64,000 nt of DNA from contig DASRZP010000103.1 of assembly GCA_035686305.1 (NCBI GenBank), positions 3,534 through 67,533 of the forward strand. The letters are read 5' to 3'. The notes beneath the pieces are model-generated. The model saw only the letters and a program-made list of their open reading frames with translations. It did not search any database and was not told the origin of the DNA. Within the stretch, counting starts at the first letter, position 1; each line of letters starts with the position of its first letter. This DNA is from Thermodesulfovibrionales bacterium (lineage in GTDB: Bacteria > Nitrospirota > Thermodesulfovibrionia > Thermodesulfovibrionales > UBA9159). The translations under genes were made by a program, and so were the position numbers. Below are positions 1-9,039 of this stretch, in pieces.

Positions 1-508
1 AAGAGTGCGGCTTGTGGCATTGCAGGCACGACGGTTTCTTGCCGTGGACGTCATGGCATGTCGAGCAGTAGAGGTTCGTATGTTTGCTCTTGTGCTCCCT
101 CAGCTGGCTGATCTGCTGCGTATGGCACGTGAGGCAAGGATCGGTAATGTTACCGGTGAGCTTGATATTGAGCGGGGTATGAGGGTTCGTATGGCATGTG
201 AGGCAACCCTTGAGTTCATAATGGGACTTGCCCTGATGACACTGGTTGCAGCTCGGAATGATCTTCTCCTTTGCCACAGCAGGGGGATGGCCGACGTGGC
301 AGTCCTGGCAGGTAATCTTCCTGTGTCCGGCACCATTTGCGGCTATGTCGGCCGGGGGGCCGGCGTGACACTTCACACAATCGCCGCTGGTGAGTTGCAC
401 CTTTACAGGTTCCTGGGCAGCCATACCGACAGAGGCACAGAAAAAGACAGAAAAAAACAGGGCCAAACAGACACCGGCCAACAACGTCGTACTTCCTGAT
501 CTTTTCAT
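1..508 (-). CDS. multiheme c-type cytochrome, partial (3' end runs off the window start)
   Basis: Not in the ORF track because it has no stop inside the window. Hand translation of the reverse strand from the ATG at 508 gives MKRSGSTTLLAGVCLALFFSVFFCASVGMAAQEP (signal-peptide-like). Seven CxxCH motifs follow (CVKCH, CQDCH, CNQCH, CLTCH, CLTCH, CSTCH, CLQCH), and the frame stays open to position 1. Track ORFs 5..499(+), 100..336(-) and 216..524(-) are shadow frames of this gene. Confidence 0.85.
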   Translation of the reverse strand, partial: MKRSGSTTLLAGVCLALFFSVFFCASVGMAAQEPVKVQLTSGDCVKCHAGPPADIAANGAGHRKITCQDCHVGHPPAVAKEKIIPSCNQCHQGKSHYELKGCLTCHTNPHTPLNIKLTGNITDPCLTCHTQQISQLREHKSKHTNLYCSTCHDVHGKKPSCLQCHKPHS

Positions 509-811
509 TTCTACTCCTTTTCATTCTTGCGTAAGATAAGAAAAACTTTCCTTAAAAAACCGTCGCTGTCAAGGGTCCTCATGGGACCTTTCATATTACC
601 CTGCGGCAGCATAAAACAACCCTACACACGGCTTCCATTGTACAGAAATCATCGTCGTTGATGCAAGAATATTTCTCGTCCTCTCGGAGGCGGGATTGGC
701 GACGATTCCCTGCCCTGTTCCGTAGACCTCAGATCTATGGTAAACTAAAAAATTCCCGGCGCACCTCTTGAGATCTTCACCTGCGCCGATGAAAAAAAAG
801 GAAGGAGGATT

Positions 812-1453
812 ATGGAGTTACTCAACACCGTTCTCCAGACATTTCTTCATCTCGACAAGCACCTCGATCTCATTATCCGGAATTACGGTATCTGGACTTA
901 CGCTATCCTCTTTCTCATCATCTTCTGTGAGACGGGACTCGTGGTGACGCCGGTCCTTCCGGGAGATTCGCTCCTCTTCGCAGCAGGGGCATTCGCGGCA
1001 AAGGGCTCCCTTGAAGTCACCGTGCTCTTTTTTCTCCTCTCCCTCGCAGCCATTGGAGGGAATACCGTGAACTACTGGATAGGATATTTTGTCGGACCGA
1101 AGATGTTCCACAGGGACAATGTGCGGTTTCTCAACAGGCAGTATCTCGACCGCACCCACAAGTTTTACGAAAAGCACGGGGGCAAGACTATTGTCATTGC
1201 GAGGTTCCTCCCCATCATCCGCACCTTTGCACCCTTCGTCGCAGGCCTCGGGTTCATGAACCATTGGCGGTTCTCGATTTACAACGTCACGGCAGGCATT
1301 GCATGGGTCGGCATCTTTGTTTTCGGCGGTTATTACTTCGGCAATCTCCCTTTCGTAAAGCAGAACTTCACCTCCGTCATTCTCGCCATTATCTTCATCT
1401 CCGTCCTTCCCGGCGTTATCGAATTCCTCAGGCACCGCTGTCAGGCGACATAA
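812..1453 (+). CDS. DedA/SNARE-associated family membrane protein
   Basis: 213 aa and multi-TM, with the DedA-type motif VTPVLPGDSLLFAAGAFA. A strong SD (AAGGAAGGAGG) precedes the ATG. Confidence 0.85.
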   Translation: MELLNTVLQTFLHLDKHLDLIIRNYGIWTYAILFLIIFCETGLVVTPVLPGDSLLFAAGAFAAKGSLEVTVLFFLLSLAAIGGNTVNYWIGYFVGPKMFHRDNVRFLNRQYLDRTHKFYEKHGGKTIVIARFLPIIRTFAPFVAGLGFMNHWRFSIYNVTAGIAWVGIFVFGGYYFGNLPFVKQNFTSVILAIIFISVLPGVIEFLRHRCQAT

Positions 1454-1472
1454 CGCGCATGCCCCTGGCAGA

Positions 1473-2723
1473 TCAAAGCATCTGAACAAGAAGCATCACA
1501 TTGAGAAACGAGACGATGACCGCCGTTGTCCAGAGAAGAATCTTATGGGAGAGCGGATTGGCGTGTTTTGCCATGACCCTTCGGGAAGAGGTCAGGGCAA
1601 TGAGGGCAAATATCGTCCAGGGAAGCTGGATGCTGAGAACGACCTGGCTCCAGATGAGCCCCTGGAAAGGGTCTTTCAAAAAGAAGATGACGATCAAGGC
1701 GCCAAGAAAGGTAATGATCACACCTGCACGCGAGTGGCTGTCATTCAGGTCAAGGGGTTCCTGAAAGATCCCTGCGAAGATGCTCCCCCCTGCCATGGCT
1801 GCTGTTATGGAGGAGGAGAAGCCGGAAAAGAGCAGGGCAAGACCGAAGACAAGGGCAGATCCTCCTCCCAAAAGCGGCCTTAATGTTGCCTGGGCCTGCG
1901 GCAACTCGGTGACGACCGCTCCGTGAGTATGAAAGACCGAGGCAGCCACAAGGATCATCGCACTGTTAATCGCCCATCCGACGAGCATCGCAAGAATGGT
2001 ATCGGTGAATTCATATCTCAGCTGTCTCTCGATCACGTCTTCCCGTTCGAGGTTCCACTGCCGGCTCTGAATAATTTCGGAATGGAGGAAGATGTTGTGG
2101 GGCATCACGACTGCGCCGAGAACGCTCATCACGATCGGCACTGAACCAGCAGGCACGGAAGGCACAAACCAGCCTCTCAGTGCCTCATGCCACTCAATCG
2201 TTACGAGGCTGAGCTCAAAAAGGAATGCGAGACCGACAAGGGAGACCATGCCGATGATCCATCGTTCGAGCCTTTCATAACTCTTTGAGAGGAGCATCCA
2301 GCCTGCAAGGAGGGCTGAAAGAACTGCGCCGATCCTGAGGGGCAATCCTAAGAGCATGTATAATCCGATGGCCGCGCCCATGATCTCGGCGAGAGCGGTA
2401 GAGACCGATGCAATGACTGCCGTAGCGAGAAAGAGCCTGCTTATCGAGCCCCTGAAATGCCTTGTGGCAGATTCTGAGAGGCAGAGTCCTGTTGCAATAC
2501 CAAGGTGCGCTGCATTGTGCTGGAGGATGATCAGCATGAGGGTCGAGAGCGTGACCATCCAGAGGAGAGAATATCCATAGGAAGACCCGGCAGCAACATT
2601 CGCAGCCCAGTTCCCCGGATCGATAAAGCCCACCGTAACCAGAAAGCCCGGGCCTATGTACTTCAGGATCTCCAATGCCCCAAATTTCGGCTTATGCCTC
2701 CCGATGATGTTTCTCATCCTCAT
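1473..2723 (-). CDS. mntH: Nramp-family divalent metal (Mn2+/Fe2+) transporter
   Basis: 416 aa polytopic protein with the Nramp signature FIDPGNWAANVAAGS near the N-terminus. Its start overlaps the stop of the upstream gene (2720..2723). Confidence 0.85.
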   Translation of the reverse strand: MRMRNIIGRHKPKFGALEILKYIGPGFLVTVGFIDPGNWAANVAAGSSYGYSLLWMVTLSTLMLIILQHNAAHLGIATGLCLSESATRHFRGSISRLFLATAVIASVSTALAEIMGAAIGLYMLLGLPLRIGAVLSALLAGWMLLSKSYERLERWIIGMVSLVGLAFLFELSLVTIEWHEALRGWFVPSVPAGSVPIVMSVLGAVVMPHNIFLHSEIIQSRQWNLEREDVIERQLRYEFTDTILAMLVGWAINSAMILVAASVFHTHGAVVTELPQAQATLRPLLGGGSALVFGLALLFSGFSSSITAAMAGGSIFAGIFQEPLDLNDSHSRAGVIITFLGALIVIFFLKDPFQGLIWSQVVLSIQLPWTIFALIALTSSRRVMAKHANPLSHKILLWTTAVIVSFLNVMLLVQML

Positions 2724-3580
2724 CCCCTTCCCCCTCGTGCCTCGCCCAGGATAACGCTTTTCCCTTTCCTCCGCATGAACCCTTCGCTCTCCAGAGCATC
2801 AAGGTTCTTCTCAATCCTTTCCCGATCCATGTTCATTCGCCGAATCAACTCGGACTCGGGGATCTTCCCCTTCTCGACGAGCACCTTCAGGATCATCCCC
2901 CTGGCCTGTCTGTTGGAGCCATGAAAAGGCGTCTGCTTCTGATAATGGGCGCTCCTCCTGTTGGGGTTCTCAGATCCCTTTCCGAGCGTTACGCCATAAT
3001 CCATGAGGGCATAATACCACTCCCTCGGATCGGAGGAATCAAGGGTCTTTTCAACGAGCGGCATGATCTCCGTGTCTCTAATCCCTTCATGATCGTGGAA
3101 AAAGAAATGTATGAAGACCCGCCGGATATTGGTCTCGACGAATACTGTCGCTTCATTGAACGCAAAGGCAGCAATGGCAGAAGCAGTATATGTGCCGATT
3201 CCCGGCAGTTGCAATAATTCAGGAACCGTTGACGGGAGCCTTCCCTGAAACTCTGTCATGACGATACGGGCTGTCCTGTGGAGGGCAATGGCCCGCCGGT
3301 TGTATCCGAGCCCCTGCCACGCCCTCAGTATGTCGCAAAGCGGCGCCTCAGCCAGTGCCGGGAAGTCCGGGAACTTCTTGATGAACTCCCTGTACTTTTC
3401 GGTTACCCTTTCCACCTGTGTCTGCTGAAGCATGATCTCAGAAACAAGGATCCGGTAAGGATTGCGGGTCCTTCTCCACGGCAGGCTGCGGGGATGCCTG
3501 AGGTAGTGCCGGTAAATAATCCCCCGGAACTTTCGGACAGACCGCTCTGTAAGCCTCTGTGGCGTGAAAGTGACGTCCAC
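2720..3580 (-). CDS. HhH-GPD superfamily DNA glycosylase (MutY/EndoIII-like), apparently lacking the C-terminal Fe-S cysteine cluster
   Basis: Contains ILVSEIMLQQTQVERV and the helix-hairpin-helix LLQLPGIGTYTASAIAAFAF typical of MutY/Nth. No C-terminal Cys cluster is visible in the translation. Confidence 0.7.
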   Translation of the reverse strand: MDVTFTPQRLTERSVRKFRGIIYRHYLRHPRSLPWRRTRNPYRILVSEIMLQQTQVERVTEKYREFIKKFPDFPALAEAPLCDILRAWQGLGYNRRAIALHRTARIVMTEFQGRLPSTVPELLQLPGIGTYTASAIAAFAFNEATVFVETNIRRVFIHFFFHDHEGIRDTEIMPLVEKTLDSSDPREWYYALMDYGVTLGKGSENPNRRSAHYQKQTPFHGSNRQARGMILKVLVEKGKIPESELIRRMNMDRERIEKNLDALESEGFMRRKGKSVILGEARGGRG

Positions 3581-3593
3581 ACCTTCTCCGTCT

Positions 3594-5555
3594 TCATTTC
3601 CAATCAGGACTCTTTAAGAAGTCCTTGAGGCGACGGGGATCGTCAATGGGATCATAGCACCTTCCCTTCCCGCATGGAAGGACATACCCTTTATCCTCGC
3701 CGTACCGGATATAGGCGTGGGGCCGGAAACATGAGCGGGCCGTGTCGGCAAGGGCGCTGTCAGGAGATGCTTCAACAGAGAGCACAACCGAACGGAAATA
3801 GGCATCGGCTGCGCAGTAGTAATACCCGGCGTGAATGCCAAGTTCCTTTGCCTTGAGGGAGAAGGCCCTCAAGGCCCTCAAGGCATACTCATGGTATGAC
3901 TCTTTTTGCGTCAATGCAGCGAGCTTGTCCATGACGATAATGGCCACGGAGTTTGCCGAAGGATGAGGGATATCCTCGACGGACCTCAGCCTTAATCCGA
4001 GAACTGCATCCTCGGAATCAAAAAAACCTCCGTCATTTTCACTCCAAAACTTTCTCATGCATGTCTCCATAAGGTTATCGGCGGCCTCGAGATACCGCGC
4101 ATCACCCGTTATTTCATATGCGCCGACCTGCGCTTCGATAAGATCGATGTAATCATTCAGGAATCCCTTGACGCCATCGGAGTGATAAACTTCATTCTTG
4201 ATAACGCGCCTCCCGGTGAGTCTGTCGAGACTCGTGAGTGCGAAGTCTTTCAGTGACCCTTCCCCGAGTATTCTCGATCCCTTCAGATAGGCGTTTATGA
4301 GCAATCCGTTCAGCGACGTGTAGATCGTCCTGTCAATGAAAGGCTCCTCTCTCTTCCCTCTTGCCGCAAGTAATTTTCTCTTCCCACGATCTATCATTCC
4401 GCGGATAACCCTTCCCTCCCTGCCGGTCATCTGAGCAATCTGATCGGGTTCCATCGAGACAAAGAGCACCTTCTTCGCACTGTCATGGTGCATCGATCCC
4501 CTGTCATGGAGGAGATGGAGGGTGAGGACCTCTCGTTCCTCGTCGTCAAGGACCTTTCTGAAATCGCCGGCAGTCCAGGTGAAATACCCTCCTTCGTCGT
4601 CAGGGGTGACATCAGCGTCTTGACTCGCGTAAAATCCTCCCTCGGGATCGGTGAGTACTTCCCTGACGAATCTGACGATGCCTTCCGCCACCTCTCTGAA
4701 CAGGATATCGCCAAAGATTGCGTAGGCATCGGCATAATTCCGCAGAAGCCAGGCATTATCATCGGCCATCTTCTCGAAGTGAGGGATGATCCATGCCTCA
4801 TCCGTGGAATACCGGTGGAAGCCGCCCCCGATCTGATCATGAAATCCGCCCTTTGCCATCGCTTCAAGCGTCTTCTTCACGGCGTAGGCGGCATGTTCAT
4901 CCTGCTGAAAAAACGATCTGCACATGAGCATTTCCGTTGCCCCGGGCATCGGGAATTTGGGAAGCTTTCCGAAACCGCCGTGTTCGGCATCGAAATAGGA
5001 AAGGACCTCTTTTCCGGCTTCGTCGATCATGAACTGACTGATGTCGGCTGAGACCGTGGATTGATGCTTCATAAAGTCCAGGAGGCTGTCGGAATAGTCG
5101 GAAACCTCCTTCCTCTTCCGTCGGTAAAGCTGACTCACGGCAGCCAGTATCTTCTTGAAACCCGGTTTTCCGAATCGGTCCTCGGGAGGAAAGTAGGTCC
5201 CTCCGAAGAAAGGCTTCTTATCAGAGGTCAAGAACACGCTCAAAGGCCAACCGCCGCCCTGTCCCATAGCCGCTACCGCCTGCTGGTATCTCCTGTCGAT
5301 ATCAGGCCTCTCATCCCTGTCGAGTTTTATATTAATGAATCCTTCATTCAGGGTCTTGATGATCTCTTCATTTTCGAAGCACTCCTTTGCCATGACATGA
5401 CACCAATGGCACCAGATGGCGCCTGTGCTGAGGAAAACCGGCTTGTCTTCCTGCTCCGCCCTCAGGAAGGCCTCCTCGCACCACGGATACCAGTCGACCT
5501 GCTGGTCAGCAGCATGCCTCAGGTAAGCAGCTTTCTCTCTTGACAGCCTGTTCAT
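3594..5555 (-). CDS. thioredoxin-domain protein of the YyaL/DUF255 family (N-terminal Trx-like plus alpha/alpha-toroid domain)
   Basis: 653 aa. The N-terminus (DWYPWCEEAFLRAEQEDKPVFLSTGAIWCHWCHVM) is the characteristic DUF255 thioredoxin-like motif. Confidence 0.8.
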   Translation of the reverse strand: MNRLSREKAAYLRHAADQQVDWYPWCEEAFLRAEQEDKPVFLSTGAIWCHWCHVMAKECFENEEIIKTLNEGFINIKLDRDERPDIDRRYQQAVAAMGQGGGWPLSVFLTSDKKPFFGGTYFPPEDRFGKPGFKKILAAVSQLYRRKRKEVSDYSDSLLDFMKHQSTVSADISQFMIDEAGKEVLSYFDAEHGGFGKLPKFPMPGATEMLMCRSFFQQDEHAAYAVKKTLEAMAKGGFHDQIGGGFHRYSTDEAWIIPHFEKMADDNAWLLRNYADAYAIFGDILFREVAEGIVRFVREVLTDPEGGFYASQDADVTPDDEGGYFTWTAGDFRKVLDDEEREVLTLHLLHDRGSMHHDSAKKVLFVSMEPDQIAQMTGREGRVIRGMIDRGKRKLLAARGKREEPFIDRTIYTSLNGLLINAYLKGSRILGEGSLKDFALTSLDRLTGRRVIKNEVYHSDGVKGFLNDYIDLIEAQVGAYEITGDARYLEAADNLMETCMRKFWSENDGGFFDSEDAVLGLRLRSVEDIPHPSANSVAIIVMDKLAALTQKESYHEYALRALRAFSLKAKELGIHAGYYYCAADAYFRSVVLSVEASPDSALADTARSCFRPHAYIRYGEDKGYVLPCGKGRCYDPIDDPRRLKDFLKSPDWK

Positions 5556-6061
5556 GCCCTCTCTCTGATCTTCTTCATGGTCTCTCTCAAGAACGCGGGA
5601 AGATCGGCAGGCTGTCTCGATGTGACGAGATTTCCATCGACCACAACCTCTCTATCCTCGTAAAACGCACCGGCAGCCTTCATCTCTTTGGCTACGGACC
5701 TGTAGCAGGTCGCGTGCCTGCCCTTCAGCAGTCCTGCGGTGATGAGTATCTGGGGGCCGTGGCAAATGGCGGAGACGGGTTTCTTCATCTCAAAGAACTG
5801 TTGTGCGATCCTGACGGCGTCCTTTTCCTTCCGTATGGTTTCGGGCGCCCTGCCCCCGGGGAGAATAAGGATACCGTAATCAGAAGGACCGACCTCCCCC
5901 AGGGTCTTGTCAATCTCCACTTCATACCCGTGTTTACCCCTTATCCGGCCTTTCTTCATCGAGACAATATCCACGGCGACACCCTCTTCCTTCAACCGGT
6001 AATAGGGGACAAGGAGTTCCGTGTCCTCAAAATCGTCAGCGCTGATGATCAATGCCTTCAT
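5552..6061 (-). CDS. DJ-1/PfpI family intracellular protease or deglycase
   Basis: The track ORF 5552..6199 has a non-homologous N-terminal extension. The likely start is Met47 (ATG at 6061, SD AAGGGG upstream). MKALIISADDFEDTELLVPYYRL and the nucleophile-elbow motif AICHGPQIL are PfpI-like. The stop overlaps the yyaL-like start. Confidence 0.85.
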   Translation of the reverse strand: MKALIISADDFEDTELLVPYYRLKEEGVAVDIVSMKKGRIRGKHGYEVEIDKTLGEVGPSDYGILILPGGRAPETIRKEKDAVRIAQQFFEMKKPVSAICHGPQILITAGLLKGRHATCYRSVAKEMKAAGAFYEDREVVVDGNLVTSRQPADLPAFLRETMKKIRERA

Positions 6062-6112
6062 AACAATCACCCCTTTCCTTATGAGTGCACCCTGGAGTCG
6101 CACAAAACCTTT

Positions 6113-6180
6113 CTTCTTCGGAAAGGCAGGTATGGCGGGCTTCGATCCATGCCCTACCACCGTTTGCAACATAAGGTTGC
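6113..6180 (-). repeat. dispersed non-coding element, copy A (internally deleted version of copies B and C)
   Basis: Shares an identical 18-mer (gggcttcgatccatgccc, 6137..6154) with copy B (25335..25352). It also shares the flanking ttgcaaC-N-taaggtt block and the terminal (c)ttcgg(g/a)aaggcagg block. The central ~140 nt of B and C is absent. Confidence 0.55.
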
Positions 6181-6304
6181 ATTTTGTTTCCCGAAACACA
6201 GAGACAGAGGAGGCGCATCAGGGAAGTGAAGTCCTCCGCCTGTGGGTCAGCACGACTGAAAGAGACTGAGAAGTTTTGATAGTGAGATATGGCGTTCCCT
6301 TCTG

Positions 6305-6817
6305 CTACCACACTTCCCCTGTCCAGATATAATCGTTCTCCTTCTTCTTCTCATGACAACGCAGGCATACCTCGACCTTCCCTGACCCACGGGCCTTGCC
6401 ATCAGCAGCATACATTACCCAGAACCAGTCACCGCCTGCGGGATGATATCCCTTTATTCTGTACATCACGGTGAGGGCATCAAATCTTTTATCAGAGGTA
6501 TAATTCTCCTGGACAATGATTGAGTCATAGGCCATACCTGTTCTGTTCTTGATGGAACGGTAGGCCTCATCGTTCACAAAGGTCGTGAGCAGCTTGCCAT
6601 GGGGCTCTGCGCCTTTGTAAAGCCTCCCTTTGCCCGGCCACAGCTGCCACGCCCTGTAAGGGTTGAAGCGAATAATGTAATCGTTCAGTCTTTCTGCGTC
6701 TGGCTCCGGCATCGGAACCTGAGTCTCCGATGGTATGATCTCATGGATCGCCTCTCCACCATTCACGCCGGACAGCACAGCCAGCATTACGAGTAAGGGA
6801 AAGGCAAGCCTTTTCAT
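6305..6817 (-). CDS. secreted cytochrome P460-like monoheme protein
   Basis: Signal peptide MKRLAFPLLVMLAVLSGVNG (start taken at Met6 of the track ORF). A single C-terminal CLRCH heme motif is preceded by GDWFWVMY, as I remember for the P460 family. The family assignment is from memory, not from a search. Confidence 0.55.
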   Translation of the reverse strand: MKRLAFPLLVMLAVLSGVNGGEAIHEIIPSETQVPMPEPDAERLNDYIIRFNPYRAWQLWPGKGRLYKGAEPHGKLLTTFVNDEAYRSIKNRTGMAYDSIIVQENYTSDKRFDALTVMYRIKGYHPAGGDWFWVMYAADGKARGSGKVEVCLRCHEKKKENDYIWTGEVW

Positions 6818-7040
6818 ACTGGAGGCTCCCATGAAACAACATCACTGACCTTCATTTTCGATCTCATATAAATCCTATCACAGCAGGGTGCGATGTCAAG
6901 GCTCACACCATGTCACCTCACGTTACCGGACGTTGCTCAAACGCTCACCTTTTGGATCTTCCTCATCACTGGTCATGGCTGTTCCTGAAAGATATTCTTG
7001 TTGTTTATAATGAGAGAGTCTTCCTTTCATTCGAGGTGGC

Positions 7041-7646
7041 ATGGCAAGAATAAAGGCAGTAATCTTTGATTTTGGCGGGGTCCTTGCAGAGGAAGGCTTC
7101 AGGACGGGGTTGACGGCCATCGCTGAAAAGAACCGTCTTAATCCCGATGATTTTTTCAAGACAGCCGAGGGCCTCATCTATGAAACCGGCTATGTCACGG
7201 GCCGCTGCGACGAATCCCACTTCTGGAATTCCCTCAGAGAGAAGAGCGGCATCACCGCAAGCGATGAAGAGCTCAGGGAAGAGATTCTGAAGAGGTTCAG
7301 GCTGAGGCCGGAGATGATGGAGGCGGCAGAAGACCTCAAGTCCTCGGGTCTTATTGTGGCGGTTCTGAGCGATCAGACAAATTGGCTTGAAGAGATCAAT
7401 AAACAGACGCCTTTCTCTGACTGCTTTGACTACATCTTCAATTCCTTCAGGACCGGAAAGTCAAAGAGAGATCCGTCTCTCTTCACTGATGTATCTTCAA
7501 CTATGGGCCTTCTGCCCGGCGAGATGCTCTTTGTTGACGACAACATCGAGAACATTAAACGGGCTTCAGGAGTCGGTTTGAAGACGATTCATTTCAGAAG
7601 CAGGGAGGAGTTTGAAAAAAGGCTCGCGGACCTTCGTCAAGACTAA
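7041..7646 (+). CDS. HAD-superfamily hydrolase
   Basis: Motif I is present at the N-terminus (VIFDFGGVL), and motif IV-like FVDDN near the C-terminus. Confidence 0.8.
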   Translation: MARIKAVIFDFGGVLAEEGFRTGLTAIAEKNRLNPDDFFKTAEGLIYETGYVTGRCDESHFWNSLREKSGITASDEELREEILKRFRLRPEMMEAAEDLKSSGLIVAVLSDQTNWLEEINKQTPFSDCFDYIFNSFRTGKSKRDPSLFTDVSSTMGLLPGEMLFVDDNIENIKRASGVGLKTIHFRSREEFEKRLADLRQD

Positions 7647-8089
7647 AAAGTCGAGGGATCTTCCGCTGGAAGCCCTGCTTCATCAAAGGGCATGACGCCG
7701 AGCTGGGTCATGACGGATTCTATGCCCTTCAGTACCTGATGGTAATCGTAGTCAGCCAGTTCCTCATTGAGTGCCCGCACTACCAGGCTGTCAAAGGCCT
7801 GGTAATCAAAAGAGCCGTCGAGCACCTTTGAGCGCACAAGCACGCGATAGGCGGTTTCATCATCACGAATATCTTCGCCCTCATTGACCTTGACAGACTG
7901 TTCACGCTCAGGAGATGCGATGTACCACTGCATTGCAGCAGAGAGCGCATCATAGAGGGTCACAATGCCGGCTGATATCTTGCCTTGCCGAAGTCTCCTC
8001 CGGCCTCCCCTGATGTGGAGCCTTGCCCTCTGAAATGGTCCTTCAACAGGCCCAAGGGCGCCTTCGTCCATCAAGCCAAAATGCGGCAC
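7643..8089 (-). CDS. hypothetical protein (helical, function unknown)
   Basis: 148-codon ORF with a GTG start preceded by the strong SD GAGGAGG. It lies 60 nt downstream of the nitrilase-family gene on the same strand. I recognised no motif. Confidence 0.5.
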   Translation of the reverse strand: MPHFGLMDEGALGPVEGPFQRARLHIRGGRRRLRQGKISAGIVTLYDALSAAMQWYIASPEREQSVKVNEGEDIRDDETAYRVLVRSKVLDGSFDYQAFDSLVVRALNEELADYDYHQVLKGIESVMTQLGVMPFDEAGLPAEDPSTF

Positions 8090-8150
8090 GGAAGGACCTC
8101 CTCATTTTTGGGTTTATCAACAATCTCCATGCTCGGTCTCAAGCAGGCAC

Positions 8151-8960
8151 TCATAAGAAGGACCTATAGAGATTCCGGTACATCTCCGGCCTTCTGTCGT
8201 CAATAATATTGTTCATATCGTTCAGATCCTTGTTCCTCGCCATTTCGGGATTGATCTCCGCAATGAGCAATGAATCCTCCTCCTCGGGCGCACTGGCGAG
8301 CACCTTGCCCTCTGGAGAGACAATCAGGCTCTGTCCGATAAACCTCAAGGCCTGCCCTTCCTTCCTCACTTCCCTTCCTGTCCTGTTTGCCGTCACGGAG
8401 AACACCCTGTTTTCGAGGCACCGGAGAGGCATAGCCTGGGGACAATAAGGCAAAACAAGGTTGGACGGATGGGCAATGACCTCTGCACCCATAAGGGCAA
8501 GGGTTCTCATGGACTCAGGAAAGAACCAGTCAAAGCAGATCATGATACCGATGCGGCCCATATTTGTATCCCAGACCCTGAATCCCGTGTCACCGGGAAT
8601 GAAGTGGAGTTTTTCTTCGAAGAAGAGGTGGGTCTTTCGATAAACTCCGATGAACCCTTCAGGCCCGGTGATGATTGCACTGTTAAAATATCTGTCTCCG
8701 TCCTTTTCGGGGAGACCGGCAACGATATACAAATTCTTCTCATGTGATAACCTGATGAGCATCTCCGTCGTGGGCCCTTCCGGTATACGCTCTGAAAGCG
8801 CTGAGACTTCGTCCCGCGATGCAAACTGGTATCCCGTAGCAAAGAACTCGGGAAGGACAAGAAGGTCCATATCGGCTCCCTTGAGGACACGTGCAACCTC
8901 TTTCAGGTTCTCGTCCTTCTCACCGAAGATAGGGTTAAACTGATAGAGACCTGCTTTCAT
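8151..8960 (-). CDS. carbon-nitrogen hydrolase (nitrilase superfamily)
   Basis: 269 aa. The catalytic-Cys region IGIMICFDWFFPE and the E-K-C triad context (LVLPEF...YRKTHLF) are typical of the CN-hydrolase fold. Confidence 0.85.
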   Translation of the reverse strand: MKAGLYQFNPIFGEKDENLKEVARVLKGADMDLLVLPEFFATGYQFASRDEVSALSERIPEGPTTEMLIRLSHEKNLYIVAGLPEKDGDRYFNSAIITGPEGFIGVYRKTHLFFEEKLHFIPGDTGFRVWDTNMGRIGIMICFDWFFPESMRTLALMGAEVIAHPSNLVLPYCPQAMPLRCLENRVFSVTANRTGREVRKEGQALRFIGQSLIVSPEGKVLASAPEEEDSLLIAEINPEMARNKDLNDMNNIIDDRRPEMYRNLYRSFL

Positions 8961-9039
8961 AGAATACTTCGACGGTGCTCTTTCGGTTCCTCGAAGGAAT
9001 TGTTCAGGATCGGATTATCGACGGCGAGGGACATGGCAC

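Noticed and set aside
818-1489. A 223-aa antisense ORF exactly covering the dedA-family gene. Similar long antisense ORFs include 5..499(+), 11336..12154(+), 36416..37279(-), 37722..38492(-), 41737..42771(-) and 58291..59118(-).
   Set aside because: Each lies opposite a gene with clear family motifs. Their translations are low-complexity (Asp/Glu/Arg/Gly-rich or Ser/Pro-rich) with no recognisable motifs and no SD. They are typical shadow ORFs produced by codon bias on the sense strand.
8151-8960. The nitrilase-family gene near the TA island, considered as part of an RT-nitrilase type defence system.
   Set aside because: There is no reverse transcriptase or transmembrane partner anywhere nearby. 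The enzyme looks like an ordinary CN-hydrolase with its own downstream hypothetical gene.
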